From NCBI RefSeq assembly GCF_001194135.2, contig NC_068997.1:5818145-5882144 (forward strand): a DNA stretch of 64,000 nucleotides, written 5' to 3'. Below are positions 49,481-62,960 of the stretch, in pieces. The notes under the pieces are model-generated. The model searched no databases and had not been told where the DNA came from. It saw only the letters and a program-made list of their open reading frames with translations. Source of the stretch: Octopus bimaculoides (lineage: Eukaryota). The translations under genes were made by a program, and so were the position numbers. Numbering within the stretch: the first letter of the stretch is position 1; every line of letters starts with the position of its first letter.

Positions 49481-50457
49481 AATAGAAGAAAGGAGACACT
49501 GTGTTTGTATGCAAGATATTGTAATAGTTCATGTGTGAATCTTTGCTAATCAATCTTATGACCTTCTTTTGAATGTGTGTGTGTTGTAGATTGACTGAAT
49601 TGTTACGGTTATTTGGCAATCGAGAGGTCCCATATCAATTCTGCTGCATGGCATCTTGCTGTCTTTTAGTGTAACTGCAGGGTAATTCAAACTCCTGGAA
49701 TGAAATTAGGCCAACGGATACTGTGTCAAAGCCAAGCAGATGGACTGGGCCTGAAATTCGAAAGGTATTACCTTCCTTGTCACATGCTGTGTGTGTTATG
49801 TTGATTCTACCTGAGGGTTACGTTTGATTAGCATTCAAACCAGCCATATCTGGCAGCGCCAATATTATACCTGTTTTATGTTCAAACTGGCCAGATCTGG
49901 TCTCTCACACCTATCCTATCATATCATTCTATAAGTAAACAACCACATCATCAAAATCCCAAAGCTATGAGAAAATTAATTCAAGATCCCAAAGCTACAA
50001 GATAACGATTAATTCAAAACAGTATGAATGAGTGTTACATTTGGCAAAGTAATCTGAATACTAAAGAGTTAAGTGTGCATGTGTCTGGAATTCTCAATTA
50101 CTTACATTAATTCAAGGCGTTTCCTACTTTGGTTGGTCAAACAACTGGATTCACTCTGATAACATCATTGGAGGTCTATTGAAATTCAGTGTGTGTGTGT
50201 GTGTGTGTGTGGCAGTGGTGCCGTCATGTGAGTAGTACTCTGACGAAGAGCTTATTCAGTAATGTAACAGAGAGTAGGTTTCCACCCTGGATAATGCTTT
50301 TAGTGTGACACTTTTGTGTCTGTTGTGTAAGACTATAGACTCGGTGCCCGGAAGGATGGGATGGGCAAACTTGAGAACTGCCATGGGTGGCACACACTCA
50401 GGATATGTTACTGGTCTTATTTTAAATGACATATCTACACAAGTGTGCCCCCCCTCC

Positions 50458-50770
50458 AACTTTGTTTCCTCATAACTTCTAGAAAAATGGATATCTTTTA
50501 ATGAAAGTATCTACAAATACTCTTCAGATAGTGCAGATTCTGATTATATTAGAATTTATTGTGAAATTTTTTTTCCTGAGGGTGGAGAGAGGAGTTTCAG
50601 AAAATTCACTAAAGTTGGCTTTGTTTCCTCATAACTTGCATAAATTTTTCTTTTTAATGAAATTTACTACAAATACCCTTCAGATGCTGTAGATTGATTA
50701 CGATTTTGAAAAAATAAAATTGTCTGGCACACATAGATACATACTGACACATATCACAATTTTTTAAAGA
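50458..50770. repeat. Tandemly duplicated ~159-bp unit
   Basis: ctttgtttcctcataactt..tttttaatgaaa..ctacaaatac.cttcagat at ~50458 and ~50617. Confidence 0.7.
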
Positions 50771-52384
50771 AATTTCAAGTTTCATTTTGGGGACTATAGG
50801 TGACAAAACAAAAACTGCCAGAAAGAAAATAACAAACAACTTAAAACAAAACCCCCAAAATTATTATTTTTTTTTTTTTTAATATTTTTTTGTTCTTTTT
50901 AAAAATGTGAGGTAGAAGATAATGTAAGAGTATGTGTATGTAGATTTAGGTATGTGCATGTAGTTGTGTATATTTGTAGTTGTGTATGTATACTTATGTA
51001 TATGTGTGTACATTTGTGTGTATGACTGTGTATATATGTTTATGTGTGTATGGTTGTGTGTATGTGTGTGTATATATATATATGTATATATAGTTGTTTA
51101 TATGTATGTGTGTGTGTGTATTTTGTGACCTTTGATTTAGTTTGTGTAGAGGTTACAGGTTTCTTTTTTCTAGTTTTTTTCCTAAAATGTTGTTTGACCT
51201 TTCTAATTATTCACTGTTAAAAGTGGGAAACTCTCCCATTAAAAAAACTTTGTTCTGATTCCTTTCTCACAGGATGTGATTGGCTTGGAGGGAATTAATT
51301 ACAGACAATTCCTACACAGTTGAAACTGCTGAAATGGTAAACAGCTGTTTACTGATAAATGTTGCTGTACATGTGTGTGTATGCATATATATACACATGT
51401 ACACAATGCATATTCATTAATGCCTGAGCAGATGTGGTGGTATGTTAGTGTACAAAAGTTACTCTTTTGTTGTAGAGCTTTTGTATTGTGAGAAGACTGA
51501 TGCACTTCTCCTCCCATGTCTCTCTTTAATCTTTTTCACACTTTATATATATATATATATGTGTGTGTGTATGCCAGTGTATGTTTGTAAATATATGTAT
51601 ATATTGTATATTTTATGTTTTAGATATATATATATATATATATGCATATGTATGTCCATTGTGTGTATGATATTTTTGTGTGGAAATATGTGTATACACA
51701 TGAGTTTATATACATACTCACATGTATATGTAATAGAAATGTGTGTGTGTGTTTATATATATACACACACATACACCCACACATACATGCACAAATCTCT
51801 CATGCACACACACACACACTCAGAGCTAGTTCTTCTCTGGTGTTAATTAACTTAGAACTGCAACCCAATAATAGTTAATATAATTAGGTACAACAAACGT
51901 GATTCTGAGGTTAATTCTATAATAGGATGGGGGTGGGGGGTAGGCGGGGGTGATCACAGCACTATTGAGTGTTAACTACTTTTGGAATAATTAGTCACTG
52001 TTGCTGTGGATTGGCAGAATGATATAAGATAAATTGCCTTGTGGTATTTAGTTACAGCTCTTTATGATCTGAGTTCAAATTCCTTTCATCCTTCCAAGGT
52101 ATCTAAGAATCCAGAATTTCTGATTGGCAGGGTCTCTCTTCCATCTTAATATCATCAATGTTTCCATCGAGCTCAACTTTGCCTTTTGTCCTTCCAAGGT
52201 ATCTAAGAGTTCAGGATTTCTGATTGGCTGGATCTCACCCCCACTCTTAATATTGCCATTGTTTTTCAAGAAAAACGTAAAGGAGGATACATTTTGGTAT
52301 CTCTGTTGTGGCAGGAGAATTCAGAATGGAAGAAATACTGCAAGGAATTTTTGTCCAGTGTATTAGCAATTCTAACAATTCAAT

Positions 52385-52625
52385 GTTCTGGCGGAATCAT
52401 TAGCATGTTGAACAAAATGCTTAGCAACGTTTCTTCCAGCTTTTTATATTCTGAGTTCAAATCCCACCGAGGTCAACTTTGCCTTTCATCCCTTCGAGAT
52501 TGATAAAATAGAATAAATACCAGGCTTAAAAAAAAGTACTATTGTTGATTCAGTCAACTAAAAATTCTTCAAGGCAGTGCACCAGCATGGCCACAGTTCA
52601 ATGACTGAAATAAGTAAAAGATAAA
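52385..52625 (+). mobile_element. Chimeric SINE: family A head with B1-type tail
   Basis: A head to gataaaatagaataa, then aaggcagtgcaccagcatggccacagttcaatgactgaaataagtaaaaga. Confidence 0.7.
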
Positions 52626-52729
52626 CTGAAATGAAAACTACAAGGCATTTTGCCCATTTTTCTAATGCTGTGGGTAAACTGCTCTAATAAGAAATATGAG
52701 TAAATGATGATGATATAAGTGTTTCTGTT

Positions 52730-53500
52730 TTAGGCAGTTTTGAGGGGAGGGTTAGATGATAACATCAATCCCAGTATTTGGTCAGTATTTTATTTTATTG
52801 ACCTTGAAAGGACAGAAGGCAGAAGTTGATAGTGATGGGATTTGAACTCAAAATGTAAAGGGCTGAAATATAATTGTTTTAGACATGGGTACATGGCTTG
52901 AAATTTGGTGGAAGGAGCTTTGTTGAAACCATCATTTCCAGTACTTGACTGATACTTTATTTCATTGATCCTCAAAAGAAAGAAAGGCAAAGTTGACTTC
53001 AGCAGTATTTGAACACAAAATGTAAAGAATTAGAACAAATACTGAAAGACATTTTTTCCCTCTTGGGCTAGTGATTCTACCAATCCATCACCTTAAAAGA
53101 ACTAGAGTATAAATGGTTTCAAATTTTGGCACAGGGCCAGCAATTTCAGGGGTGGGTGGATAAGTCAATCACATCAACCCCAGTGAGCAACTAGTGCTTA
53201 TTTCATTGACTCCAAAAGGATGAAAGGCAAAGTTGACCTTGGTGAAATTTGAACTCAGAGCTTGAAAACAGGTGAAAAACTACTAAGCATTTTACCCAGC
53301 ATGCTAACAATTCTGCCAGCTCGCTGCCTTAGAACTGGGATATAATAATAGTTATAATTATTTCTGATTTAGACACAAAGCCAGTAATTTTGAGGAAAGG
53401 GGTTTTGTTGATCACAGAAAGATGAAAGCCAAAGTTAATGTTAGCAGAATTTGAACTGAGAATATAAAGAGCTGAAATAAATATTGCAAGGCATTTTGTT
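52730..53500 (-). mobile_element. Head-to-tail cluster of SINE A copies
   Basis: About four minus-strand copies or fragments in tandem. Confidence 0.8.
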
Positions 53501-53595
53501 TCATGCTCTCACAACGATATATATAACAACAGTATCATAATTTTGTTGCCATCTGTAATTTTTTGTTGTAGTTTACCTTCATTAATTTATGCAAA

Positions 53596-54620
53596 TTGTG
53601 TTACCTAGGCGACCAAGTCTGTAGTAGTGGTGGTGGCTGCTCTGAGAGTGTAGTGACTAGAGTAAGAATAGCCCGGGCAAAGTTCAGAGAGCTCCTACCT
53701 TTGCTGGCAATTAAGTTCAGGGAGCTCCTACCTCTGCTGGCTCAGGTAGACTGTATGATTCATGTGTGTGAACTGCCATGCTACATGGCTGTGAAACATG
53801 GGTCATAAATGCTGAGGACATGCATAGGCTTGAAAGAAATGAAGCTAGTATGATCCACTGGATGTGTTATATCAGTGTGCACACACAAGAGAGTGTAAGT
53901 GCCCTGAGAGAAAAGTTGGGCACAAGAAGCATCAAATGTGGTGTACAAGTAAGGCATCTGCGCTGGTATAGTCATGTTATGTATGAATGAAGACAGCTGT
54001 CTGAGGAAGTGCCACTCCCTAACTGTAGAAGGAACCTGTGGAAGAGGTAGACCCAGGAAGACATGGTATGAGGTGGTGAAACATGACCTTCGAACACTGG
54101 GCCTCACAAAGGCAATGACAGGAGTCCGGGACCTTTGGAGATATGCTGTGATTGAGAAGACCCAGCAACTAAAATGAGATGGCAGCCACACATATCCAGG
54201 CCTGATGCGTCGGGCAATATGATATGGTTGAGAAGACATGTTGACTCAAGTAAAACCAATATCGTAGCTGTGGCCATTGCCCCCTGACTAGCTCCCATGC
54301 CGGTGGCATGTAAAAGGCACCATCTGAATGTGGCTGATGCCAGGTCCGCCTGACCGGCTCTTGTGCCAGTGGCACATAAAAAGCACCATCCGAATGTGAT
54401 TGATGCCAGGCCCACCTGACTGGCTCCTGTGCTGGTGACACGTAAAAAGCACCCACTGCACTCTCAGAGTAGCTGGTGTTAGGAACGGCATCCAGCTGTA
54501 GAAACATTGTCAGATCAGATTGGTGCCTGGTGCAGCTGCTGGCTCTCCAGTCCTCAGTCAAACCACCCAACCCATGCCAGCATGGAAAATGGATATTAAA
54601 CAAGGATGATGATGATGATG
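53596..54620 (+). mobile_element. 5'-truncated, frameshifted RTE-clade LINE (RT C-terminus, 3'UTR, (ATG)n tail)
   Basis: LCYLGDQ, MLHGCETW, LRWYSHV, GRGRPRKTW motifs; 33-bp internal duplication near 53680-53745; three 66-bp 3'UTR modules; gatgatgatgatg tail. Confidence 0.92.
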
Positions 54621-54830
54621 AAGTTAACCACTGAATGGATAAAATTGGGTTAAATATTTTAATTAAACTGTGAAGCTTAGTATTGCATTTATTTGTCATT
54701 GTGTATGTTAAATCCTTCTTATTGATATTTTTCAGCAGAATTATACTGACTATGCATTTCAATTAATGAAGGTTTAAAAACAATCAAGACTTTAGGAGTG
54801 GGTTCAGTCTCTAACAGCTAACATCTTTAT

Positions 54831-55207
54831 TAATACTTTTGTTACCATATTTCTGTTAAAACACACTGCCCTTATTTCAATTACTCTTTGAATGTAATGA
54901 AGTATTTTGCAAAATAGCTTTGTCCATTATTCAGCTGGTATTTGGAACGGAAATTAGCAGGGAAGTTTTAACTTAGATCACATTAACCCTTTTCATACCA
55001 ACCCACCTGTGACTGCCCTTGGTTTTATGATATGAATTTTATGCTTTAAGGTAATCTCAAATAAAACTCTCCATCAAAATTCAATTTTAATTTATGTTCC
55101 AAACCAGCTTAATAATGACATTATTTTACTAAATTCTTCATTATTTCCAGAATTAATTGAAACAAAAGCAGTGTATTTCAACAGAAATATGGTAACAAAA
55201 GGGTTAA
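54831..55207. mobile_element. piggyBac-like foldback MITE
   Basis: Termini ttttgttaccatatttctgttaaaacacac / gtgtatttcaacagaaatatggtaacaaaagggttaa. Confidence 0.85.
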
Positions 55208-56566
55208 GATGGGAAGCTTGTATAATAGAAAAGAGTTAGTCTCAGGTAGTGGGTAGGTGGGTGGGGTATATTAAAATGGTAAAATTAATGTTCGGCACAT
55301 AACATAATGGGGAAAAAAAATGGTTCTCGCATAAAATTATTGTAGAGCATTTAAATTCAAAGAATCACTTTAGAATGAGCAGTTTTGTGTAATAGAGGCA
55401 AGGGCGGTCTCAGGCGTGTTGGCTTCAAAGAGTTAAATAACATTGACACAGGCTATTTTATGGTTCATAACTTGGCTTTTCGCCATTAAAAATTTGGAAT
55501 ATATTTCCAACAGATTCCAATTTGTTTTTCAGACTCTCTTTACTTTCTCTGTTTTATCAAGACAGTTTCTTTTTTTTTTTTTTTGCATGTTGAAAATTTT
55601 AAATAGAATTTATTGAGGAATTTGTTTTTTTTAAAAAAGTTTTTGACATTTTTTTTCTATAAGTTGTTGACAGAATTAAAAATCTGACAAACAGCTTGTT
55701 TAATAATTAGTTTAAGCTTATGTTCAAGGAAAAAGAATTAACAAAAAAGAAAAAAACAACAAAAGACAAAAAAAAAGAAAATTATAAATAGTTTACATAT
55801 TATTTGCATAATTCCAAAATGTATTCATAATTTTCTGAAGTAAAATAAAAAAAAATAAATTTGAAAAGAAAATCAGTTTGAAATTTGTTTATAACATTTA
55901 AGTGGTCTTAACTTACTTAATGGCTGTTGTTGTTTAACCCCAGGCCAATCCTGACCAAGTAGATCTAAGGATCAAAGTTGTTCCAGTGATGATCATTCTA
56001 CCTCTTGTTCTTAGACATAGTGTCTTAGATTACATTATCCAGTGTATCGTTCCATTTATTTTAAACAGTTCATTGTGATTTGAGGGAGATTTGGCTACTA
56101 TTTCTAGCTAAGGAGGTGTCATGTAGAGGATCTGTTTTCAGCTCTGTACAAATTTGCTTTATTTGATTAGCACAGTTGGTTCAGACACGATAGTACATAT
56201 AAGAGTTACTGGGGAAGTTACTTGTGACATACAATTTCCTATCCAGGGGCAGTTGAAATTTACTTGATGTTTATTTTGAAAACATTAAGCCAATGCTGAT
56301 CAATGACTTTTACCAATCCTTTGACATTTCTGCAGGTATTTTCATATTGGCATCAGCTGCATATTTGCTCAAAGAAAATATGGTGAAAAATCAGAAATTG
56401 TTTTGATGGATCAGAGAAAAAACACAAGGGTGGATGTTAAAACACTACTGAGAATGCTAATGATGGTGGTGGTGAGGCTGATAAAAATGGTGATTATGAT
56501 ACTGATGAGAGGATGATGGAAATTATGATGATTTTTAGCAACATGGTGAGGATGATAATAGTTTCC

Positions 56567-56598
<32 letters not shown>

Positions 56599-57627
56599 AG
56601 CAAAGCTGATTGTAAGCAGGATGAAAATGAAAGTAATAATGATAGTGATAATGGTGTTGATGATGATGTCTTAGTATGTTAAGCATTGATTGAAAATGAG
56701 AAAAAAATAATTCCTTTATGCTTTTATGCAAAAGAAAACGTTACAAAAAGAAACGAAGCAAAAAGAGAACAAAAAGCAACCACCAAACACTTGATGAAAC
56801 AGCTTGTCTAACAAAAAAACAAAACAAAAAAAAACCAATAACGAAAGTCAAATCTCAACAAACATGAAAGCTATCAAAGGATTCAGTTGAAGCCCTTTTA
56901 AGTCTATAGTTCCTGGCAGTATTGTGTAATGGCTACAGCTAGATCTGCAGTTATCTACATATGTATAATTATACATACATACATACACACATACATACAT
57001 ACATATCACTATGAATAACTACAGACCTACCAACCTAACTACCCACATACATATCTATCTACCTATAGACCTATTCGCATACATAGAACTATAGTTATAG
57101 ACACATAGATACATATATACTTACATATCTATTGTATAGTAATGCCCTTATATAAATATCTATATACCCTTATAGCCCTTCCTATATACATAGAGCTATA
57201 GTTATAATTATATAGGTACATTTATATAGATGTTCATACATATATACCTACCTGTACATCTAACTGCATGCCCAGAGCTAGAGCTGCATTTACCTATTTT
57301 GATATCTACCTCTGTACTTATAACTAGAGCTATGTACCCACATACACACATATAGACATACATATATATTCATATACACACATGTACATGCATACATGCA
57401 TATAGACATACATCTATACGTATATGTATGCTAACTTGATGACGTCTTTTTGGTCTAGAAAGGAACACAGGATATTCCAGTTGAAATTTTGAACTTCTGC
57501 ATTTCTGTGTATTTCTTGTTTTGAACATGAAGAAGACAAGACACTCTGTCAAAATATTGTTCAGTTCAATAAACCATGTGTTTTATTATTGATCACTTTG
57601 TGCTCTTTTTATTGTATTTACCTTCGT

Positions 57628-57865
57628 GAAGCGTTATGCCAGAAGTGTCAGCATGCTGGATAAAATGCTTAAGGGCATTTCTTCTGGTTTTTTGTTCTAA
57701 GTGCAAATCCCACCAAAGTTGACATTGCCTTTCATCTTTTCAAGGTTGATAAGATATTACATGTCAGGCACTGAGGTTGATGTAATCAACTATCCTCCTC
57801 TTTTCCCATACACACACACACACACAATTTCAAGCCTTGTGCCTATAGTAGAAAGAATTATCATT
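57628..57865 (+). mobile_element. SINE family A
   Basis: Diverged full-length copy with internal (CA)n. Confidence 0.7.
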
Positions 57866-58247
57866 ATTATTATTTGAAGGTGCAAGTTCTTATATCGTTT
57901 CTCTGAATTTCATGTTACTAATATTACAATCAATTAATGAAGGGAAGCAGTGTGATAATACATAAGCAAAAATACACATAAACACATCAAAATATCATTA
58001 ACCACAAAAAAACTTGTTAGAATGCATCACACATTCATCTATTCACATGCAAAAACAATTAGCATTTTCAAGTCTAAAATAATATATACGTATTTATGTA
58101 AAATTTATGTAAAACACATAAACGCATAAAAGCATGCAAAATTTTTTTGCATGTAGAAGAATTATATAACGTGCCATGTTTGTGCACATAGAACGTTTAA
58201 TTAAATGAATGTCTCAAGACACATATCGCCTGTTGTATGTATAACAA

Positions 58248-58400
58248 TTAGATGGAGGATTGTGTGACCCATTTTACAAAGATTTTTTGGCGACCAGTCA
58301 AATCTTGATAAGTAATTGTACTTTGATGTTTATAAATATTTTTCCTGTATATGTCAGGGTGATTCCCTTGATCAACTGGTTTAATAATCAACTGGTGCTC
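58248..58400 (-). mobile_element. Possible Penelope-like RT N-terminal relic
   Basis: LIIKPVDQG resembles the PLE IIKPADKG motif; single motif only. Confidence 0.25.
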
Positions 58401-59170
58401 AGAGTAGTGATTTTTATAAGCTTCAGCATCTGATAAAATATGCACACTAATTTATGCATTGCGTACTTTTTCATTGCAAACACAAATGTTCAGCTATCTA
58501 TCTATGCACCTTCCCATTCTTTGTGTCTGAAAGTAAAGGTGAAAGCAAAATAATTTAATTGCAAACAGACATCATCATCGTCGTTGTTATTCATCAGAGC
58601 CTTAAAGTGCATATGAATTTCATATTGTAGTAACAATACCATTAACTCCTATACCATGGGTTTGTTGTACAAGTGGCAGGGGTAGGGGGATGATGATTGT
58701 GAGAAGCTAGTTGTTTATGCCTTCATGTGTGTGTGAGTGTGTGCTTGGATATGTATGTAAGCATGTGTAGGGGTGATTTCAATAAAATTCTTTGGCTTTT
58801 CACAATTCTATTTTAATCTTTAATGGCTTTCATCCACTCAAAATGGAATTAATTTCTGAACAATTCAGCAGAAACTATTGAAAAACGAAAAAATATTAAA
58901 AAAAAGGAAAGATTTGAAACAGTCAGATCTTTTGTATGTGAGTGTGCACATGTGTGTATGTATGTATATATGTATGTATGCATATATGCATGTGTATAAT
59001 GTATTTCTGAATACACTCACACACACACGTTTACTATAGACATGCACATATTTATGTATGTATGTTATAAAAAGCTATTTGGTGCCACTTTAATTGTTGG
59101 TACTCTGAGTTTCTTGTTGTCAGTTAAGCTCAAAGTAATGATTAAGCAGCTCCATAAATGTTCATCAATC

Positions 59171-59201
<31 letters not shown>

Positions 59202-59847
59202 ATATTCAACACATTGCTCTTTATGAAGTGAAACTTCAAAATCCACTGATTATTATTATTATTTTCACATTATATTCTATCATCATCATCATCATGGCTA
59301 CCATGTCTATTATCATTATTATTATTAGTAGTATTTAATCTTGCAAAAACTGAAAAAAAAACAAAAAAAAAACAGACTGAATTAAAAAATTATTTTTTAT
59401 TTTATCTATTTGTTTCTTGCCTCCTGTAAGTATAAAAGTAGGGAGAGAGAGAGCGAGAGAGAAGCAAATGGAGGGATGTTTGAAGTGAAGAAGTGTGAGC
59501 CATATCTCTAACATTGGAATCATTTTAAAGATTTCCGTAAAATATGTATTGAATTCAGAAAATTCACCTTGAAATATAAACTGGGTCACATAATTTTTTT
59601 GCTCTCTTTTAAATTTTTTTACATTTACAACTTTTTGTATAGCATGTAAATGTTTATAGATGCTTTTATATAGTTATATATGCATATATATGTATATATA
59701 TGTGTGTGTGTATGCATGTACTTTTCATGTGTACATGAAAGTGTGTGTGACAGTCAATAAATATCTAACAAGTTATTTACAGTTTATTTTTACCAAACCG
59801 GAGTGCTTACTTTAGTATGTATGTATGTATGTATGTGTGTGTATCTG

Positions 59848-59885
<38 letters not shown>

Positions 59886-59895
59886 NNNNNNNNNN
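59886..59895. other. Assembly gap (10 N)
   Basis: N run beside (TA)n. Confidence 1.
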
Positions 59896-60039
59896 TTATC
59901 ATTTTGTCCATGTTTTTTTGCAACGTCATGTACCCAGATATGCATCTATATATACATGTAGATGAAGGTATGTACATACATGTACATATATATATATATG
60001 CATATACTCATATATTATATATATATATATATATATATA

Positions 60040-60418
60040 CTAGCTGTTGGACTTGGCGTTGCTCGTGTTTTCCGTGTTGAAGATAAGCCCACCTTTGATC
60101 TTGTATTAAATAAGTATTTCCTTAGAGACTATTCTATCGATTTTGTTGAAATTTTACACTTGAAAAAATGCAAAAGTTGCAGGAAAAATAACATTATTTT
60201 GGAAATTTCCATTCAAACGCCCGATTGAGCTCACAAAAATCGATGCCAACTGTGCATTATCAAGTTTTCGAAAAATTCTGGCCTTATTTGAACTTCAGGG
60301 CATGTGATCTACCGATGTGCCAAAAATCATTAACAGTGTGGGAGGAGTTAAAACAACCCCAAACACAAACACAGAGACACCATTACACATTTATATGTAT
60401 ATATATATATATATATAG
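60040..60418 (-). mobile_element. Non-autonomous Helitron-like element
   Basis: Plus strand aCTAGctgttggacttggcgttgctcgtg = 3' CTAG end with decayed subterminal hairpin; other end ggagtt..caaacacaaacacaga..atttatat; set in (TA)n. Confidence 0.6.
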
Positions 60419-60548
60419 TTAAAGTATCTTAAAAGGATGAAACTATTAGTTGCTTTTTGGTTGTGTATCAAATTGATACTTATCTTCCTCTGGATGCAAT
60501 ATTTTTTTTGTTGATTCTACCTATATTGGATCTACAAACTATATATAG

Positions 60549-60872
60549 TGAAAGCACATGGCTTAGTAGTTAGGGTATTCGGCTCATGATCATAAGGTCA
60601 TGAGTTCACTTCCCGGTGATGCGTTATGTCCTTGAGCAAGACACTTTATTTCATGTTGCTCCAGTCTACTCACCTGGCAAAAATGAGTTGTTACACCTGT
60701 ATTTCAAAGGGCCAGCCTTGTCACACTCTGTGTCACACTGAATCTTCTTGAGGACTATGTTAAGGGTACACGTGTCTGTGGAGTGCTCAGCCACTTGCAT
60801 GTTAATTTCATGAGCAAGCTGTTCCGTTGATCGTATCAGCCAGGATCCTCATCATCGTAACCAACAGAGTGC
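60549..60872 (+). mobile_element. tRNA-derived SINE family C
   Basis: tggcttagtagttaggg..gagttcacttccc..ttgagcaagacactttatttca. Confidence 0.8.
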
Positions 60873-60896
60873 TCCTATATATATATGTATATATAT

Positions 60897-61295
60897 GCGT
60901 AAGAGTGGCTGTGTGGTAAGTAGCTTGCTTACCAACCACATGTTTCCGGGTTCATTCCCACTGCGTGGCAACTTGGGCAAGTGTCTTCTACTGTAGCCTT
61001 GGGCCGACCAAAGCCCTTGTGAGTGGATTTGGTAGACGGAAACTGAAAGAAGCCTGTCGTATATATGTGTATATATATATGTGTGTGTATGTTTGTGTGT
61101 CTGTGTTTGTCCCCCCCAACATCGCTTGACAACCGATGGTGGTATGTTTACGTCCCTGTAACTTTGCAGTTCGGCAAAAGAGACCAATAGAATAAGTACT
61201 AGGCTTACAAAGAATAAGTCCTGGGGTCGATTTGCTCGACTAAAGGTGGTGCTCCAGCATGGCCACAGTCAAATAACTGAAACAAGCAAAAGAGT
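60897..61295 (+). mobile_element. Full-length SINE B1
   Basis: Close match to 9391-9799; CpGs retained. Confidence 0.9.
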
Positions 61296-61340
61296 ATATA
61301 TGTATGTATATATATATATGTGTGTGTATATATATGTGTG

Positions 61341-61373
<33 letters not shown>

Positions 61374-61865
61374 NNNNNNNNNNNNNNNNNNNNNNNNNNN
61401 NNNNNNNNNNNNNNNNNNNNNNNNNNNNNNNNNNNNNNNNNNNNNNNNNNNNNNNNNNNNNNNNNNNNNNNNNNNNNNNNNNNNNNNNNNNNNNNNNNNN
61501 NNNNNNNNNNNNNNNNNNNNNNNNNNNNNNNNNNNNNNNNNNNNNNNNNNNNNNNNNNNNNNNNNNNNNNNNNNNNNNNNNNNNNNNNNNNNNNNNNNNN
61601 NNNNNNNNNNNNNNNNNNNNNNNNNNNNNNNNNNNNNNNNNNNNNNNNNNNNNNNNNNNNNNNNNNNNNNNNNNNNNNNNNNNNNNNNNNNNNNNNNNNN
61701 NNNNNNNNNNNNNNNNNNNNNNNNNNNNNNNNNNNNNNNNNNNNNNNNNNNNNNNNNNNNNNNNNNNNNNNNNNNNNNNNNNNNNNNNNNNNNNNNNNNN
61801 NNNNNNNNNNNNNNNNNNNNNNNNNNNNNNNNNNNNNNNNNNNNNNNNNNNNNNNNNNNNNNNNN
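61374..61865. other. Assembly gap (492 N) between (TA)n tracts
   Basis: N run. Confidence 1.
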
Positions 61866-62384
61866 ATATATATATATATATATATAATGTGTGTATATAT
61901 CTATATATATGGCACCTGTGCCCAGCGTCACCTTTCTGGCACTTGTGCCCGCAGCATGTGTAAGGACTTTCGAGAGAGATTGTTGCCAATGCCCCTGGAC
62001 TGGCTCTTGTGCGGGTGGCACATAAAATACACCATATGGTATCTACTTGGATAATTTATCCCTGTTTTTTAATTGTAATTGATGTAAGATTGAATAGTTA
62101 ATGCTTATGATCATAACACAGACATTTGAATTAATTTTTACAATCCAGCTGTCCTTCCCAGACAGGATTTCGTCTTTCTGAAGTGACTTATATATAATTG
62201 AACTGTGATTTTGTACATTGTTGGCCTTTTACGGTTTTGATAATTATTTATATAATATTATGTTATGTTATATATTATATATAATATATTATATTCATAG
62301 TATTTAATGTAATATTGTAATATAATAAATTATTGAATGTCAATAGAATATCTATATTTAATTTATCTTTCTTAATATAAATAT

Positions 62385-62470
<86 letters not shown>

Positions 62471-62754
62471 GCATATATGGGTACAGGACTTCACCAACAG
62501 TTAACATGAAATATGAAAACAAATGAGTTTAATATGCAAACAGTGAGAGAAACAAATGGAACACAGGACAAGTAACATAAAGAACGACCTTCATCAGTTG
62601 TTGGCTGTCTCTCTACTCCTCATTTTGAGCATTGAACAAGTTTATCTTATAGTAACCAAAGCTCAAATTTTGGCTACATTAAACTTCATATCATTGTGTG
62701 TGTGTAGATGTGTACATCACACACACACACACACACACACTGTATGAAATTAAC

Positions 62755-62960
62755 CATGAGCTGACAGAATTGCTACCATGTTGAAAATAAATATGCTTAG
62801 TGGCATTTTTTGTTTCATTAAATTCTTAGTTCAAATCCCACCAAGGCCAACTCTGTCTTTCATCCTTTCAGGGTTGATAAAATAATTACCAGTTGAGCAC
62901 TGGAATCATTCTAATTGATTACCCCACTCCCCATAAATTGCCAAAATTTGATACCATTAT
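62755..62960 (+). mobile_element. SINE family A
   Basis: atgagctgacagaa..agttcaaatcccaccaaggccaac..aaaatttgataccattatt. Confidence 0.8.

Noticed and set aside
50231-50275. CTGACGA-A-GAGC hammerhead-like start with possible stem I (tactct/agagagta)
   Set aside because: The GAAA box and 3' side of stem II are missing; at best a dead relic.
56940-57420. Possible higher-order repeat in TATAG/CTATAG-rich stretch
   Set aside because: Looks like decayed 4-6-mer microsatellite with no stable period.
61240-62054. Long ORFs spanning the N run
   Set aside because: Artefacts of the 492-N gap and (TA)n.
62560-62600. CTGATGA on the minus strand in a repeat fragment
   Set aside because: No stem II or GAAA follows.
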